DNA from: Lepidodermella squamata
Lineage: Eukaryota; Animalia; Gastrotricha
DNA length: 64,000 bases
Direction: 5' to 3'
Assembly: GCA_047495785.1 (NCBI GenBank)
Contig: JBLDXI010000032.1
Span: forward strand, 2,232,001-2,296,000
The position numbers and the translations under genes were made by a program. The notes beneath the pieces are model-generated. The model worked only from the letters and a program-made list of their open reading frames with translations, was not told the origin of the DNA and did not search any database. Position 1 is the first letter of the stretch, and every line of letters begins with the position of its first letter. Shown piece after piece: positions 23,830 to 37,342 of the stretch.

Positions 23830-26800
23830 ATGTATTTAAGAGGGATTCTCTTGTGTATGCGAGAAGATGACGGAGAAACCGTGCGTTTGCTGTACAACAG
23901 GTATGCAGGGCACCGGAATTATCGGAATATTGAACATTATTGGTTGGTTATCATATCTCAGGTCTTTCCCGACTGCTGAGCTGAAAGCGAGCCAGTTGCA
24001 CGAGCAGCACTATGTTCCATTTTCTGAATTTGTAAATGACCTAAATGGGGCGATGGCTCGGTTGGCTGCTGATTCGAAGGTTTTTCTTCTAGGAAATAAT
24101 AAAAAATTAAAGCGGCAAATTATTTTCACACAGAAATTGTTTTTGAGTAATCCGGTCGAAGGTGATGCGGCTCGAAGCGAGCAGCAGTTCTCGATTCTGT
24201 TCGCAGACCAGTATAAACCCGTTTACGCGCTAAGAATGTCTGATGATCGCAAAATGTGGCCTGTTGTGATGCTGGAACAAGGCGATATTTTAGCTATGGG
24301 CGTGCCTTTGGTTGAAAAAGTTGGCGATCCTGAGGCTGTTCCATTACACAAAATGTTCGTCCTACTGTTTTTATCTCCACCTTAATTAATTTTTGAATTA
24401 TTTGGAAAAATAGCCCAGTATTGGCGCCAACGTACGAGCTATTAATTAGTATCTTAGAATTTGTCAGTCAAAACCCTGGCCAGGGTCCAAAACTAGTCAC
24501 GGGAGCTGGGGTAAATTCTTGAAATATTAAGGTGGCTATTTTATATGAGTTTACTCTTTTAGTTGCCGCAAAATCGGCTCAAAGATTTGACTATGGCTTT
24601 GACAGTTTGCTGCCCATTTGGGTTGATACAGTCGACCGATCTGCAAAAATTCAGGCGGATTTTACGGGCTTCGATATCACCTGGTGCCGAACTGCTGCCT
24701 GCGGAGATGGATACCGATTCTCGACCGGTAATTACTCTTTTTAACACCTAGCGCGGGGTTATTATGGACAGGGTAACGGGTAACGCCTGAAAGATTAAAA
24801 CCCGGTTTTTTGCATAAAAAATCTTCATTTTACAAGCTTTCGTACAAGAAATCCACGGCTTTCCCCGGGAACTTCTCGAAAATGAGTCTGTAAATGAAAA
24901 AAGCTTCCTCATTTTGAGCAGCGAAGATGCGTGAGTCGCCAATTGTTGCAGGGTCGATGTTGGATGATTCCGCATAGGTCAGCTTAATGAGACGTGGTAA
25001 ATCGCCACGACATTCCAGAGGACGTAAATGGAACTTGACTTGAGGCTAAGGGTAACATTTTCACTGGTCTTTCCATTGCCAGTCGTGAGTAGGTCATCTT
25101 TAGAGTGAGGATTGCCATTTTGAACGCGCATGTTAGTAGCTAAAGTGAAAACTGTAACAACTCGCCGTAGAGGTGAACGTTTGAAGCAAGCTTTCCAGTA
25201 ATCAGTCACGCTTAAAGCTCGGCGGACCACCTCCTAGCAAAATGACTTCGCCACTGAAGGGCGAATCGGGCTTATCCAAAAAGTCGCGAGATGTGAAGTC
25301 CAAGGCCTCGAATGCAAATCGGTGCAGCATTGGTGCCTCGTCAATGATGATCAAATCTGACTGTTTGAGGAGTTACGCAGCGTGAGATTGCTTAGAAATG
25401 GAGCATTTGGACCCTGATAAGAGTAATCATGTAGAAAATGTTCAGCCGTGTTCAACCGCTGTATTAGAAAGCTCCTTACGAGTAACGCAACGGAATTTTT
25501 CTTCTGAGCAAGGAAATCGGAAAAGCAAGGCTTCGAGCCGAGATACTTTTTCAGCACGAAATCAACTTCCCAACTACACCGACATCGAATAGCAGTTTGA
25601 AAAGCGTGTGGTGATTCACGTTGCCGACTTACGTAGCGTGAATAATGTGCAAGAGTATTTATCAATTCTTTCACCAGTGGTTCAGCATTTCAGATTTTAC
25701 AACCAATTTCAGGAGATGCAAGATTACATAATTAATTTTGAGCTCAGTCGTAAATTCTTCTTCGAAACTAACAAAACTTTGGCAACAATATTTTCTTTGT
25801 CTTGAGCTCAAGTATTAATCAGTCCAACTGCACATTGTGCGATTACCTTTCTAGACCAGGCGGACTCGCAATTTATCTAATTCATTTTTAACCATCGTTT
25901 GAACCGTTAGGACGTTTGAATGTTTTCCGAAACAGCAAAATGCGTCGTTGGCGTGGCCGCAGTTTCATCATTGGCAACCGTGCTTCGTCCATTAGTGTGT
26001 CCGGAAAAGAAGCAAGAGAAACAGAAATTGCGAAATGTGTCAGGTGGAAGCAGTGGGCATTGTCGGACGTGATGACCAATTAACCTAATGAAAAATATAA
26101 AATTTACTTCAAATTTCCATATATTGTTAAACAATTTACCGTATGTCGCGACGTTTCTGGTACATAGTGAGAGTTGGCAAAGTTCAAAAAAGGAAAAATG
26201 TGTCCTAACCTTTGATCCTTCGCCTCCACCTCATGCTATTTCATAGACAACAGCAGCCAATGCGAAGGGTAGGGCGAAGGCGAAGGGAGCTCCTCCTCCA
26301 TCAACGCGAGGTCGGTTACTTGCACGTGTCAGGCTTAGCCACGGGAGTGGAATACCTAGACGAACCGCCGGATTGACCAGGCAAGACTGACCACGTAGGC
26401 TTTGCCTTTCACTTTTTAGTGCAACGTCGCTAGTAAATGGCCAGAATCTAAAAATCGCGATTTCGGGCGTGAAATTCTAGAAATCAGCCCCGCTAGAAAT
26501 ATGCTGAAATTTCTTGGGTTAAATTTAAATATTCAGTTTTTAAGCTGATTTTCTCCGAGAAACATGATTTAATTCAAATTTAAACCCTCGTTATCGTAGC
26601 TATTTGGTTTTTAAATCTTCATTTTTTATTTAAATTTAGACCCCAGCGTTTCGGCCAGTTTTTCCCGCCGATAAAGAAACGGTTTCAGCCCTGCTAGTCG
26701 AGCGTGTCTCCTGCATTCAAACAGCCGAATCAATGATGACAAACATCTCCGGGTGCTGCTGGCTGTGCGCTGAACTGACAAGTGCCAGCCCGGTTGTCAC

Positions 26801-27775
26801 CGTGCCAGTTTGCCTGCCGGTTGGCGAGGAGAACAACTTGCAGCTGTTCATCAGCCCGCATTCGACCATTGAAAAGCCAGCTGCGGCGAAAAGTTCCAGC
26901 CCAACGCCGCCTTCGACGCTTATGCTGTCGGTTATACCTCCGAATGAATGGTTCCCGCTGTTTATCTATGAGGCCAAAACTTCACCTGAGCCGCCTATTT
27001 TCGGCTTGCTGCTAGTCCAGGTCAGTTGAAACGGAAAATTCATTTTTTTGGAGAGCCTTTTGAGCTAGGCTCAACAAATCCGGATTAATTCAACAATCCT
27101 AATAAATTACCTTGAAATTCTCCGCGATTTTCTGTATGAGGACTGGCGCTCCCTTGCTATATTTATGCGTAAATTTTTAGGCCTCGCAAGCTCTGTTCAA
27201 GCTGACGTTGCAGCTGAAACCGGCTGCCTCTATCAAGAGCGTCGAATTGAACGACCTAACAGCTACCATAGCCCTTCCACCTCAACTGTGCGTACCTCAG
27301 ACGAAATCAGCCGGCGTCGAGCCATTGAATGTAACTCACGGCGATATTGGCGTCGATTCATCCGATTCTGAATCGGTTAAAATCGTCTGGAGAGCTGGCA
27401 ATACAAAGCTACCAGTTGGCGATAAACCAGCTACGCTGAAAGGCAGCTTAGCTACAACTTCCACGGTAGACGCGGCTGATTTAAAGAATTTGATCAATGG
27501 CCTATTCGCAGATGTAAGGAAATTTTGAAAAATCCTCCTTAATTATTTTATTTTTTTATATTTTTTAGTTGAAGTTTTCTTGGCGCGGTCCTTTAACATG
27601 TACCGGAATTTCTATGCGTTTGATGGACGCCAAGGTCCAACCGACTAGGCTTCGGCCTCGCTTTGCTTCAGGTGAAAATTTGATTCGATTATGTACCAAG
27701 TCTTTCTATTAGTTTTTTTAATTTCCAGAATGTCGAGTAGAAACGGTGACATATCGAATTTACAACACCGCTTAA
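23830..27775 (+). CDS. AP5M1: AP-5 complex subunit mu-1
   Basis: MYLRGILL...LYNRSFPTAELKA...HYVP, MWPVV...LAMGVPLVE, LPFGLIQ, PAFRP then a mu-homology domain (IVWRAG). Long intron about 24730-26639. Confidence 0.8.
24748..25520 (-). mobile_element. Decayed Helitron RepHel (PIF1-like helicase) fragment inside the AP5M1 intron
   Basis: Frameshifted minus-strand peptides SKCSISKQSHAA*LLKQSDLIIIDEAPMLHRFAFEALDF..RD...PFSGEVILLGG and ACFKRSPL...LATNMRV...LLTTGNG match Helitron helicase motifs. Candidate CTAG 3' terminus at 24748-24751. Confidence 0.85.
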
Positions 27776-28484
27776 TGCAATTTTATCGCAATATATTTAG
27801 CGTAGTATTTTTATTGTATTTTGCATCCGGCTATTGATATCGATAAAAGTGCGATGATTTGCTAATAATTATTATTAATGACACGACACGAAATGTGATT
27901 GAGGTGCTGATACACCTTCGCAAATTTATTGTAAACATATATTTTGTAATAAAAGAATGAAGAAAATACTTTTTATCCCAGCCGTACAGATTTTTCACTG
28001 TAAGATGCGAATTTTAAGGTGATCACCGACTGAAGATGATAGGTTGACTCACCTGTGCCCTGGAATTCACGGGACATTTTATCATTTCAAGAAAACAACT
28101 AAAGCAGCTGCCGCCGCGCTCGCTCAGACTTGTTACGGCGGTTAGAAATCGATACTGTCGCTAAATGTGTTCTCCACAAATCGGTAGTTCATTTGAAGTG
28201 GAGATAAGAACTGTTATTAAAATCGAAAAAACGAACCATATTTATCGCCAGAATAGGTACTGGCGTGAAACATGTATCAGGAAAAAACGACCGATTCTTA
28301 CACTTCCAGGCGGCAAGGCGAGTCATCGCTAAAAAACTGCGCATTGCTCGCCGATAAGAAACGCACCCATCGGCTTTTGCTACTCGCTTTTTTGCGCTAT
28401 CAAACTTCCTGTAATATCTTTCAACTTTTTATATCGGTCGCATTTTCGGACATTTAAAGCAAATTTTTGTCAACCTAAACAAAA

Positions 28485-29947
28485 ATGGTGTGCACCTCAT
28501 TTGCGGGCGAGGTTTGCACGTCCGCGTGTGTTCAAAAGGTTCTATGGACGTTTGTATACCCAGCTATTGTTATCATCGGGTTCGCGCTCAACCTCGCCTC
28601 CGTAGTGTTATTCCGGCGGGGCACATTGGCGATTTACGCGCCGAAAATTTTCAACCGAAAAAGCGTCAGTTCCGGCGAGATGAGCTTAATTCGGCAAAGC
28701 AGTGAAGCGGCCGATCCCCGGTTGCGAAATTCAGCTGAAACAGGACCGCGGCGTAGCAGTAACACTGGTATTATTCGGTTTAGATTCTCCGGCCCCGGTT
28801 ACACGTTCATCGAGACCATGTCTTTCAACAATCTGTTATTTTTCCTGAGCGCGGTTCCGCTGTTTTTTGTACGCTGCAATGCCGATTTTTGCGGCTGGCA
28901 AACTGGCTGGCTTGGCTATCTGCTCGCCGTACTTGTCAAGGAAATTTGCTTCTTCTTTAGTAATTTGCTACATTGGACAAATGTAAGATTTATTCTAGAA
29001 GATACATCTTTAAAGAAAATGGAAATTTCAATTGCTTTGTAAAAAATTTCAAATTGACCTTTTGTTCTCCAGAAAAATTAGTTTCTTTGCTTTGGCTATT
29101 TAGGTGATAATCGTTATGTGTTATGGAATCCAGCGATGTTGCGCTGCCACAGGCCTAATCAAGCATCAAAAGAAATTCACCATCAAAACCACCCGCTACT
29201 GCATAGCATTGGCTTTCCAGGTAAGCTATAACCGTATTTTTATTCAGTTGTTCCTTAATTTTGATTTCACAGATATCCCTATATAAGGAAATGCTTGTTG
29301 AAGCTGGGCGAGGAGCAAGGAAACAACCGTCGATGAACCCTGAAGAACTCGAATATATTTGGATTGTCGGTCAAGACGAGAAACGTGTGGGTATTGGGAT
29401 ATTAGGCGACTACGGCAGTGCCCTCTTTGACCCTGTAATTTCCGTCGCATTTCTAGTTGCGCTTTGCGCATCATTCAGCTACATTCTAGTCGTCGCCTCT
29501 ACCCCGTTGCGATTAAGTAAAATGTCGGCGAAAGTCGGTGAAATCAATCGAGATGTAAATCAAAGCGAACAGAGGCCGAAGCCTAATGCCGAGCGAGAAC
29601 GCCGTATGACGATTGTCTACCTGGCAATATGCACTGCTTACATGTTCACCGTGATATCTGACCTGCTGGTGAAGATTTTCCAGAAAAACGAAGTTCTATC
29701 CACGAGCAGTTACTGCGACGAGCGAATTGCTATCACGGAGCTATTCAACTGCACGCTTTTCATAGCCGAAATGAGCGCCACCTTAATGAATATTCTCGGC
29801 AACCGCATTTTCCGCGCTGGAATTTCGAGTTTCATCATCAGACACTCGTCAACCGTGAATAAAACCTCGTCTGTAACAGAGAACAACATCGAAGCTAGCC
29901 GGCAGTCGGTTCAAGTTGATTTTCAACCCAGAACAACTACATTTTGA
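28485..29947 (+). CDS. Divergent rhodopsin-class (peptide/chemosensory-like) GPCR, 3 exons
   Basis: Seven hydrophobic segments. YP....GFALNL in TM1, AERERRMTIV before TM6, GNRIFR helix 8. Introns about 28983-29104 and 29221-29272. Confidence 0.7.
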
Positions 29948-30120
29948 AAATGAAATTCTTATTTATTATTTCACAATTAAATTTTAAATAAAACGCGGCA
30001 ATTAAACGGCGGATGGATTATACAATAAAACACGTGTCATGATTCGTTTTTTTTCATCAAATTCGATAGATGATCAATTTCTTTTACCACAGCAAAAAAC
30101 GTGCAGTGTTATTTTTCATG

Positions 30121-33100
30121 TTAGTTGAAAAATTCAGACGGAGGGTCCGGGTAAACTTCGATTGGCTTCATGTTGGAACCGCTGCTCGTAGTCGACGTCA
30201 GTGACTGGTTATCGCCGTCTGATAACGTCTGACGCTTCGGATGAGAGCTGTAAACAGCGCTATTCGCGCCCATTTGCCGGCGTTGGGCTTTAGCTAACAG
30301 TTCGTCGAAAACTTCTTTCATCGAAGCGTTTGATTTATGGTGTTGGTGATTCGAAGCCTTTTTCGCTATTTCATTCGCAGCCGTAGCAGCTCCGACAGTT
30401 TTCTTGAGAGATACACCAGGTTTAGGTCCAGGTGGAGGGGGTGGCTAAAAATTAGAAAATTGAGTCATTAGGGTAGAAAGCGGTCAAGCAGAAAATACGA
30501 ATTTTAACTTTCAGGTGGATTTTGTAAATCGAAATTGTTCACATCTTAACTCTGAGGGCAATAATTAGAGCGAATAATTCTGCAATCGAAAAGCGATTAG
30601 TTGAGGGTCGATAGACCCTGCCAAGACTGCCAAGACACGAGAAGGCTTAAATTCTAAATAAAATCGGAAAATTCATGTTGGCAAGAGCGTTTAAATTTTG
30701 ATAAATTCCAGAAAATTCTGCATATAAAACTTCCGAAATTCCGAATTTTTTTCAAACATTTATTGCTAATTTAAAAAATGGTGCTCATTATAAAATCCAA
30801 AAATGGCGTTAATTGCATTTGGTGCTCAATCGGATTTTAGATTAAAAAAAATCTACAAGAAAATGGGAAATTATTTTGCGGCCGACCGTCATAATGTAAA
30901 TACCCCAAACAGCAAACGCGACAAAATAGCAAATTTTTCAATTTGCGACATAACAGCATAAACGCTGTGCATCTTTTACCTGGTAATTTTTCGCTATTTT
31001 GTCGCGAAATAAAAAGTTTGCTGTTTTGTCGCCGTACCTAGCCCTTTCTTTTGAATTTGCCCTCTCTACTTGCGCGATTTCAAGCAAAATTAAATAAATA
31101 ATAGATTACCGGTGGAGGTGGCGGCGGTGGTGCCAAAGATTTAGATCCCGACGAGATCGAATCAGCGCCGCCGCTGGCGCCACTGCTCACCGACATGCGC
31201 TTCTGCTGATAGCTGTAACTCGTCGTTATCACCAGCGTCTGATTGTCATTCCCATTTGTATACTCATCGGCATTAGCAGCTGTGTAAGTCGGTCCGTTTC
31301 GATTCGACGGCGGCGAGGATAGCGGCGGCGTTGCCGGCAAGCTCGAATAATCGCTTGGCAGTAACTTATTATTCGCCGCATCGGTGAAATTACTCAGCGG
31401 TTGATCATCCGGCGAAAAAGCCGGCGGCGATACAGCCACGTTGCTGTTACTCGTAACTTCAACATTTTCAACATTACTCTCAGAACTTGGCTTCGGGCTC
31501 GAACCCATTAGGGTGGTCAAAGCTAGTGGGAACCAGCCGTATTGGCTTGTGGCAAGATTTCGACCCATTTGCCAGCCATTCACGACCTCGCGGCTCATCG
31601 TAACAATTTGATCGCCGACTTCGAACGAAATTTGCGGCCGATTCAGATCGGTCGACTGCGCGGAGAAACTGAACGCCGCCAGCCTGGTTTGGCCCGGTTC
31701 CAAGCTGGCACCGTTCGTCACAACACTGCCGCTATTTCCATACTCTTCATCATCAATCGCGTGCCGGTTGACCGCGTACGAACTGAGTGAAGTGAGGCGA
31801 GACGCGGCTAGGGTGGTCGGAAACTGCATGGCGTGGAGGCTAACACTTGCCGGGATGTTAGTCGCGCTCTTGAAACTCGTACTTGTTTGCAGCGTGTTCT
31901 TACTGCTAATTGTGTTCGATTTAAATTTACTCGATTGCTTCGCGTAGATCGACCGGTGGTGGGTCGATGGCGACGATGACGACTCGCTGTGGTTGCTGAT
32001 ACTCGCCCGGGTCGCGACGCCGTGTGACGTCAGCGATTCGGTGCCTAGAAATATACTGGCATTTTGCAGGCTGTTCTCAGCCTGGTGGTCCGAGTCGATG
32101 CCGTTAATAGCCGGTGAGCTGGTGTTTTCCTCGGTATAGCTGCCAGCCGCCGATTTTGTGAGTGAAGAAAACGCAGCACTTGCGCCTTCGATGACTAGAG
32201 ATGTTTGCGTTGTAACGTCTAACAGCCGGTCTAATATTCCTTTAAAAGCCATTTGCTCAGCTATTTTGGCCTATGGGAATATTGGTAAGAGCTAAACTGG
32301 AAATTATTGAAGGTTAATTTTACCTGGTTCAACTCGAATTCTTCGAAATCCTTCAAACGCTGTTCGCAATCAGCTATAACTTGCATTCTCTAGGTATTGA
32401 CAAATTATTTGAAAAAATGGAGGTCAAGATTTAAGATTTATTATACCTCGGCATCTTTTTGAGTCGGTTGAGCTGAATACGTCTTTCTTCGCTCTTTCTG
32501 CTTCTTTGCGAGAAGTCTTTCGACAGGTTTTCGCACGGCTCGAGAATTCAGCTTAAATTTCTTGTACATGGCCTGGAAAATTCAATATAATGTACGAATT
32601 TTTACGAAAAATACGGCTCAGTCATACAGCGTATCTTTTGAGTCCGATAGCCAAGTCTTTTTCAACAGGAGTCATAAATTCCTCCTCAAAAATCTTGCAC
32701 TAAAATTCGTGAAAAAAATCAAATTAAATTAATATTTTTCAAACATTAAAATTCGTACCAGTTTAATAAGTTGGACGATGGATTCTTTAAAAACTCGAGT
32801 TATTTGGAGAATTGCCATGCCGATCCGCTTTGTCTCACCGTCCCCATCAACATCTGAAACTTGGGCAGAGAAAGCCAGCGAGGACATTGCCGAAAAGTAG
32901 TTATCAGCCAACGGCATAGTAACAGCTACAAATCAGAAGGATTTTAACCTAATTAAATTCGATTTTTTTTTACTTACTTTGGAACGATTTATTAAAAGCC
33001 CGGCCAGCGTGAAGCATTTGCCGAACTGCCGGGCCGAACTCGGCGAGTAAATTCTAAACAAAATTAATGGGTGTAAACATGATGTTTCCTCGTTCGAGTT

Positions 33101-33139
33101 TTGTCAACTTACGCTGTAAGTCGTATGAGTTCGATCCAT
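30121..33139 (-). CDS. IRSp53/BAIAP2-like I-BAR (IMD) + SH3 protein, multi-exon
   Basis: NLLAEFGPAVRQMLHAGRAFNKSF (IMD helix 1), IGMAILQI. SH3 (QISFEVGDQIV...NGWQMGRN..TSQYGWFP). Pro-rich tail. Confidence 0.85.
30907..31038. mobile_element. Degenerate palindromic MITE remnant in an I-BAR gene intron
   Basis: Nested inverted repeats AAAACAGCAAAC/GTTTGCTGTTTT and CGCGACAAAATAGC/GCTATTTTGTCGCG. The right end TTGTCGCCGTACC resembles the terminus of the 3407-3985 element. Confidence 0.6.
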
Positions 33140-35190
33140 GATTAATTTACTCAATGATATAGTTACTTTTTATCCGCAGGTAGCTCGCATACTTGGCTTG
33201 GTTATAAATAAACTAAAAAGGTGCACGGTTTACATAATACACAAATTAAGCGTTTTGTTTGTTGTTGACGCCGCCGCCGAGAAAAAGCCTGCTCTCAAAG
33301 ACTACTGCGCACTATACAGCTGGATTTCATACGTAGCGTGGGTAAAAAATTAGTTTTTCTAAACGATTTTTATCACGTATAACGCGCGTCGCATATCTAA
33401 ACGATTTGGGATCAGACGTCGAAAAAATAACGTGGCTTCAGCCGTTAGTTGGTTAGCTATAGTTTTTTTCGTCTAACGCCACGCCGCGCACTAGCCCGCG
33501 CGCAAAATCAATGTTTTGTATCGCAACCGATCTCTCGGAGCACCGCTGTCAATTAATTACACCGAAGTCGATAAAATCCGCCGCGTGTTATTCACTAACA
33601 CGGGGTATTCCGAGCGGAAGTCGTATTTCAGTGATGAAGCATCTACCCGCGAATAATTACTCGACAATTACACGTGCTATGATTGTGTTGTTTGTTTTTC
33701 TCAAAAATGCTCGAAAAAATAGCGAATACACGTGCCTATTTAGGCGACAATAAGCCGAGGGCAATTTTTATGCCTGGAAGGGCAGCAGTTACTTACATCG
33801 ACAGCAGAAAATATACTTAATTTGCTCGGCCTAGGTAAACAAAGCGAGAAAAATGCGCGGATAGTCATCGCACCGCGCTAAAAATATTAATATTATGATT
33901 TTATTCGCCATGGTTACAACTATTTTTAATGTAATAAGCGAAGCGGTTCGGGCATTTTTTATTGCGCCGATGATGATACTTTTTGCGCGCTGAAGGGTAA
34001 AACTCAACCATATTAATATTATAGTGATATTACTAATAGCGAATTGATGACGTGTAATCACGAGTTGATTTTTTGGCTGTGTACTGACTGTATGGCATGA
34101 TATTATAACGAGGAAAATCGAATGGCCCTAAAGTGGTGGTACCTGCAATTTTTTCACGCTCCGCTGGGGCCGGACGACGACCGGTCGCCTTCGGGGAATT
34201 GTTGGTCTCGGCAAAATATTCGTGAAGCGTTTAGGTGCATCTGCTGAAAATTAGTAGTGGCCACGAGGGTGGAAAAACGGTTGCATATATTCCAACCGAA
34301 ACGATGATGATGATGCGGGGGTGGGTGGGGCTAGCTCGTGAAAAATTGTTGCCATTAAGCCATTTCGCAACAGCTTCCACCTGCGTGAAAACGCTCGCGC
34401 GCAGCCTCGACAGCCATAAAAACCCGCAGAGTATATAATATAAATAACGCCCATAATATCGAGGTGTCAAGCCGCCCATTGACGTGTCTGTTTCGCGCGC
34501 CGACGTGAGGTGATAATCGTAACTTTTCCAGCCCGCAGCCAACTAATCCGGGTTAATAATCGGCCACACGAGTCGCATATACTGCCTCGAATATTTATTG
34601 CCCAACATTCTCCAACTCTTGCGCAATTTTTCAAGAATGAGTCATCAGTATTACCATTATTTGATTTTTATTCTGATATATCCGCTCGAGAACAGGAATG
34701 AAAATTAGGGTATTAATATAATAAAAAAGCCACTGGTTACGTTAATATTTTGATATAAAAATTCAGATTGCGCCCTCTATAGGAATGAAGAAGAGAAAAG
34801 CAGCGAATAGACGGATGAGCTAGGAAAGTTTCGTTGTATACTTTGAATAAAATGAGCAAATAAGCCGGTTCAAACCCGTCGAAAAAGGTGACGGCACAAC
34901 CGAAGCATGCATGCGAATTATTGAATAAACCTTGTAACATGCTTTGAATAGAATAAACGGAATGACCCCGTCATATGCGTAGAAAAATGACAGTAGCAGT
35001 GAAGGAAGTAATATCATATCATATCATCAATGAAAACGATTATGCCGACCCAATAGTTGCAGTTCAGTCGTTGTTTTCAAGAACGGTTGCTTATATAACA
35101 ATAGACCGCGTTTGGCACTGAGTTCTAGCATTTCATGCAAAACTAAGAGTAGAAACAAGAGTTGCTCATAAGAGCTGATGATTCGATTCC

Positions 35191-36966
35191 TCATTTTCGA
35201 ACACTGATCGGCATTGTCGTAGCTTTCATGGCGCTCTGGTCCTGTGTTTGTCGCAGGTACGCCTCGACAGCCGCTTTTTTACTCTGAAATTCACGAATCT
35301 CATTCTCCAGCCTTTGACGCTCTTCTTCCTGGCGACGCTTGAAATTTGCATGCTCAGTCTGAAAATGAGAAAATATGAGAAAATATACAAAAATCAAGAA
35401 AAATGAAAAATCCGCCTTAAAAATTCTATCAAAATAAAATATGAAAGTAAAATGAGGTATTTTTTAGAATTTCTAGGAAAATAGAGTTGGTGGCCTGCGT
35501 GCCCTTCTATTTCCTCGAATTTTGTACCAACATATTTTTTTTCATGAATATATTTTCGAAATAAAATAATACCTAATAAAAATCCCAAAAACTGCGATGA
35601 GTTGAAAAAATAACAGTTTAAAGTTTTCAGCATGATTTCTTGAAATTTGAAATGTCAAATTCTAGGCCTCTATGATCCACCTTACTTCGCTAAAATCCAA
35701 TTGTCAGTTCAACGGTCAAATAATAATAAAACCCGCCTTAAAATGATACCAAATTTAATGAACTATTTTAACATAAATTTAAGGAGGATAACCCACCTTT
35801 AACGCATCCAATCGAGATGCCAACTCTTGTTCCGCCTGCTTCAGACTCGCCTCGGTCTCTTTGACACGAGCAACGAACCCCTGGCGGACCTCATCTTCAC
35901 GGCGTTGCAGTTCAGCCGTGTGGTCGCGCAAACGCTGCGCATACGTCTCACGAATGCCTTTACCGTCTTCGTCGGAGAAGCCCAATTCAGACAGCCTCGA
36001 TCGGCGGTAGGCCTCGTAGTGCCGCAAATGGGTCGACTCGATCAAATCGTACATATTGGTTCGAATAACAGCATCGCGCAGCTTGATGAAATCGCAATGC
36101 GCATCGCAATCGACCTGAGCCGTGCCCCATGGGTACTGCCTCGCTCGGACCGCTTTCCCAGCGGTTTGGCGAACATCATCCCGACTTCCAATGATCGCGA
36201 ATGGAATAGCGCTGTTCCACTGGTTGTTCGATTCGGCCAGTTCAGGGTCGTCCGTCGGGAATTGATAGATCGTAACAGCATTTTCGCGCAATTCCTGCGT
36301 GATTCGCTGCTTGAAACGCGTCAATTCTTGCCTCGTCAACGTATCTGCCTTGGCAATGACGGGAATAACGTTGATTTTCGCAGCCAACGCCTTGATGGCG
36401 ACTAAATCCAGCGCTTTCAACGAATGGCCAGTTGGGGCGATTAGATAGAAGCAGAAATGAACGCGAGGATCGGCAGCTGGTGAAGTGTGCATCGGAGTTC
36501 GGCGTAGACGTACTTCCTCCTCGAGAAACGCATCGAATTGCGCGTCGATAAACTCGATTATCGGGCGAACTGAGTCGGTTTTGTTCAACTGATCGCCGAA
36601 ACCGACGCTTTCAGTTACAGACAAACGCAAACGAACACCGCCCTCGACGAGTTCCTGAGTGTGAGTTTTCAGGGTGACCTCATTGTGGTCGTGGGTGCCC
36701 CCAGCGCCACCCGACGTATCGCCGCCACCCATCAGCCGGGTGCTGAATAGGGTGTCAATTAAGGTGGACTTGCCGATGCCGGTTTCGCCGACGACAAGCA
36801 GGTTCAGAGCGAAAGCGTCGGACATTATGTGGCTGACCCATTGTTGTGGGCAGTTGTCGAAGCCGACAGATGCAAACATTTTCAATTCGCGGGGCGGGTC
36901 GGACTTAACGCCGCGAGAGGCCGGCAGAGGAGGCGGCGGTACAGTCGGTGGAGCAACAGGTTTCAT
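35191..36966 (-). CDS. Septin, SEPT6/8/10/11 group (2 exons)
   Basis: VGFD..P.Q.V, NLLVVGETGIGKSTL, VGFGDQ, IAKADT, ARQYPWG, C-terminal coiled coil FVARVKETEA.LK. Confidence 0.93.
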
Positions 36967-37342
36967 TTTTTTAGTTAAATAACCTAAAAATCGCATAAAA
37001 TATATTTCAATAAACATATTTTAAGGGGGATTTTTTGAGAAGTTACAAAAAGCCTAAAATACGTGAACATATTGCGGGTTTTAATTGCCACGTTTTGTCG
37101 CCAAAAGAAACAAATATGAGAATAAAGCTGCAAGATCTCTTTGTCACTTCGTAATAATTCAAGTGAGCACCGGACTCAATCTATACGTCGAATACAACAC
37201 TCAAGGCAGATACTGATGTGAACAAACAAGGCGCCGCACGTGATCGAAGGCTGATTCAGTCTTTAAATATACGATTGCATGAAAACCCATTCAAGAGATC
37301 GAGAAATCGTACGAAAATAAATTAAAATAGAAAAATTCAAGT

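Noticed and set aside
18136-29272. U12-type introns suggested by TCCTTAA branch-like words
   Set aside because: None of the host introns has the U12 5' site RTATCCTT, and the word also occurs antisense.
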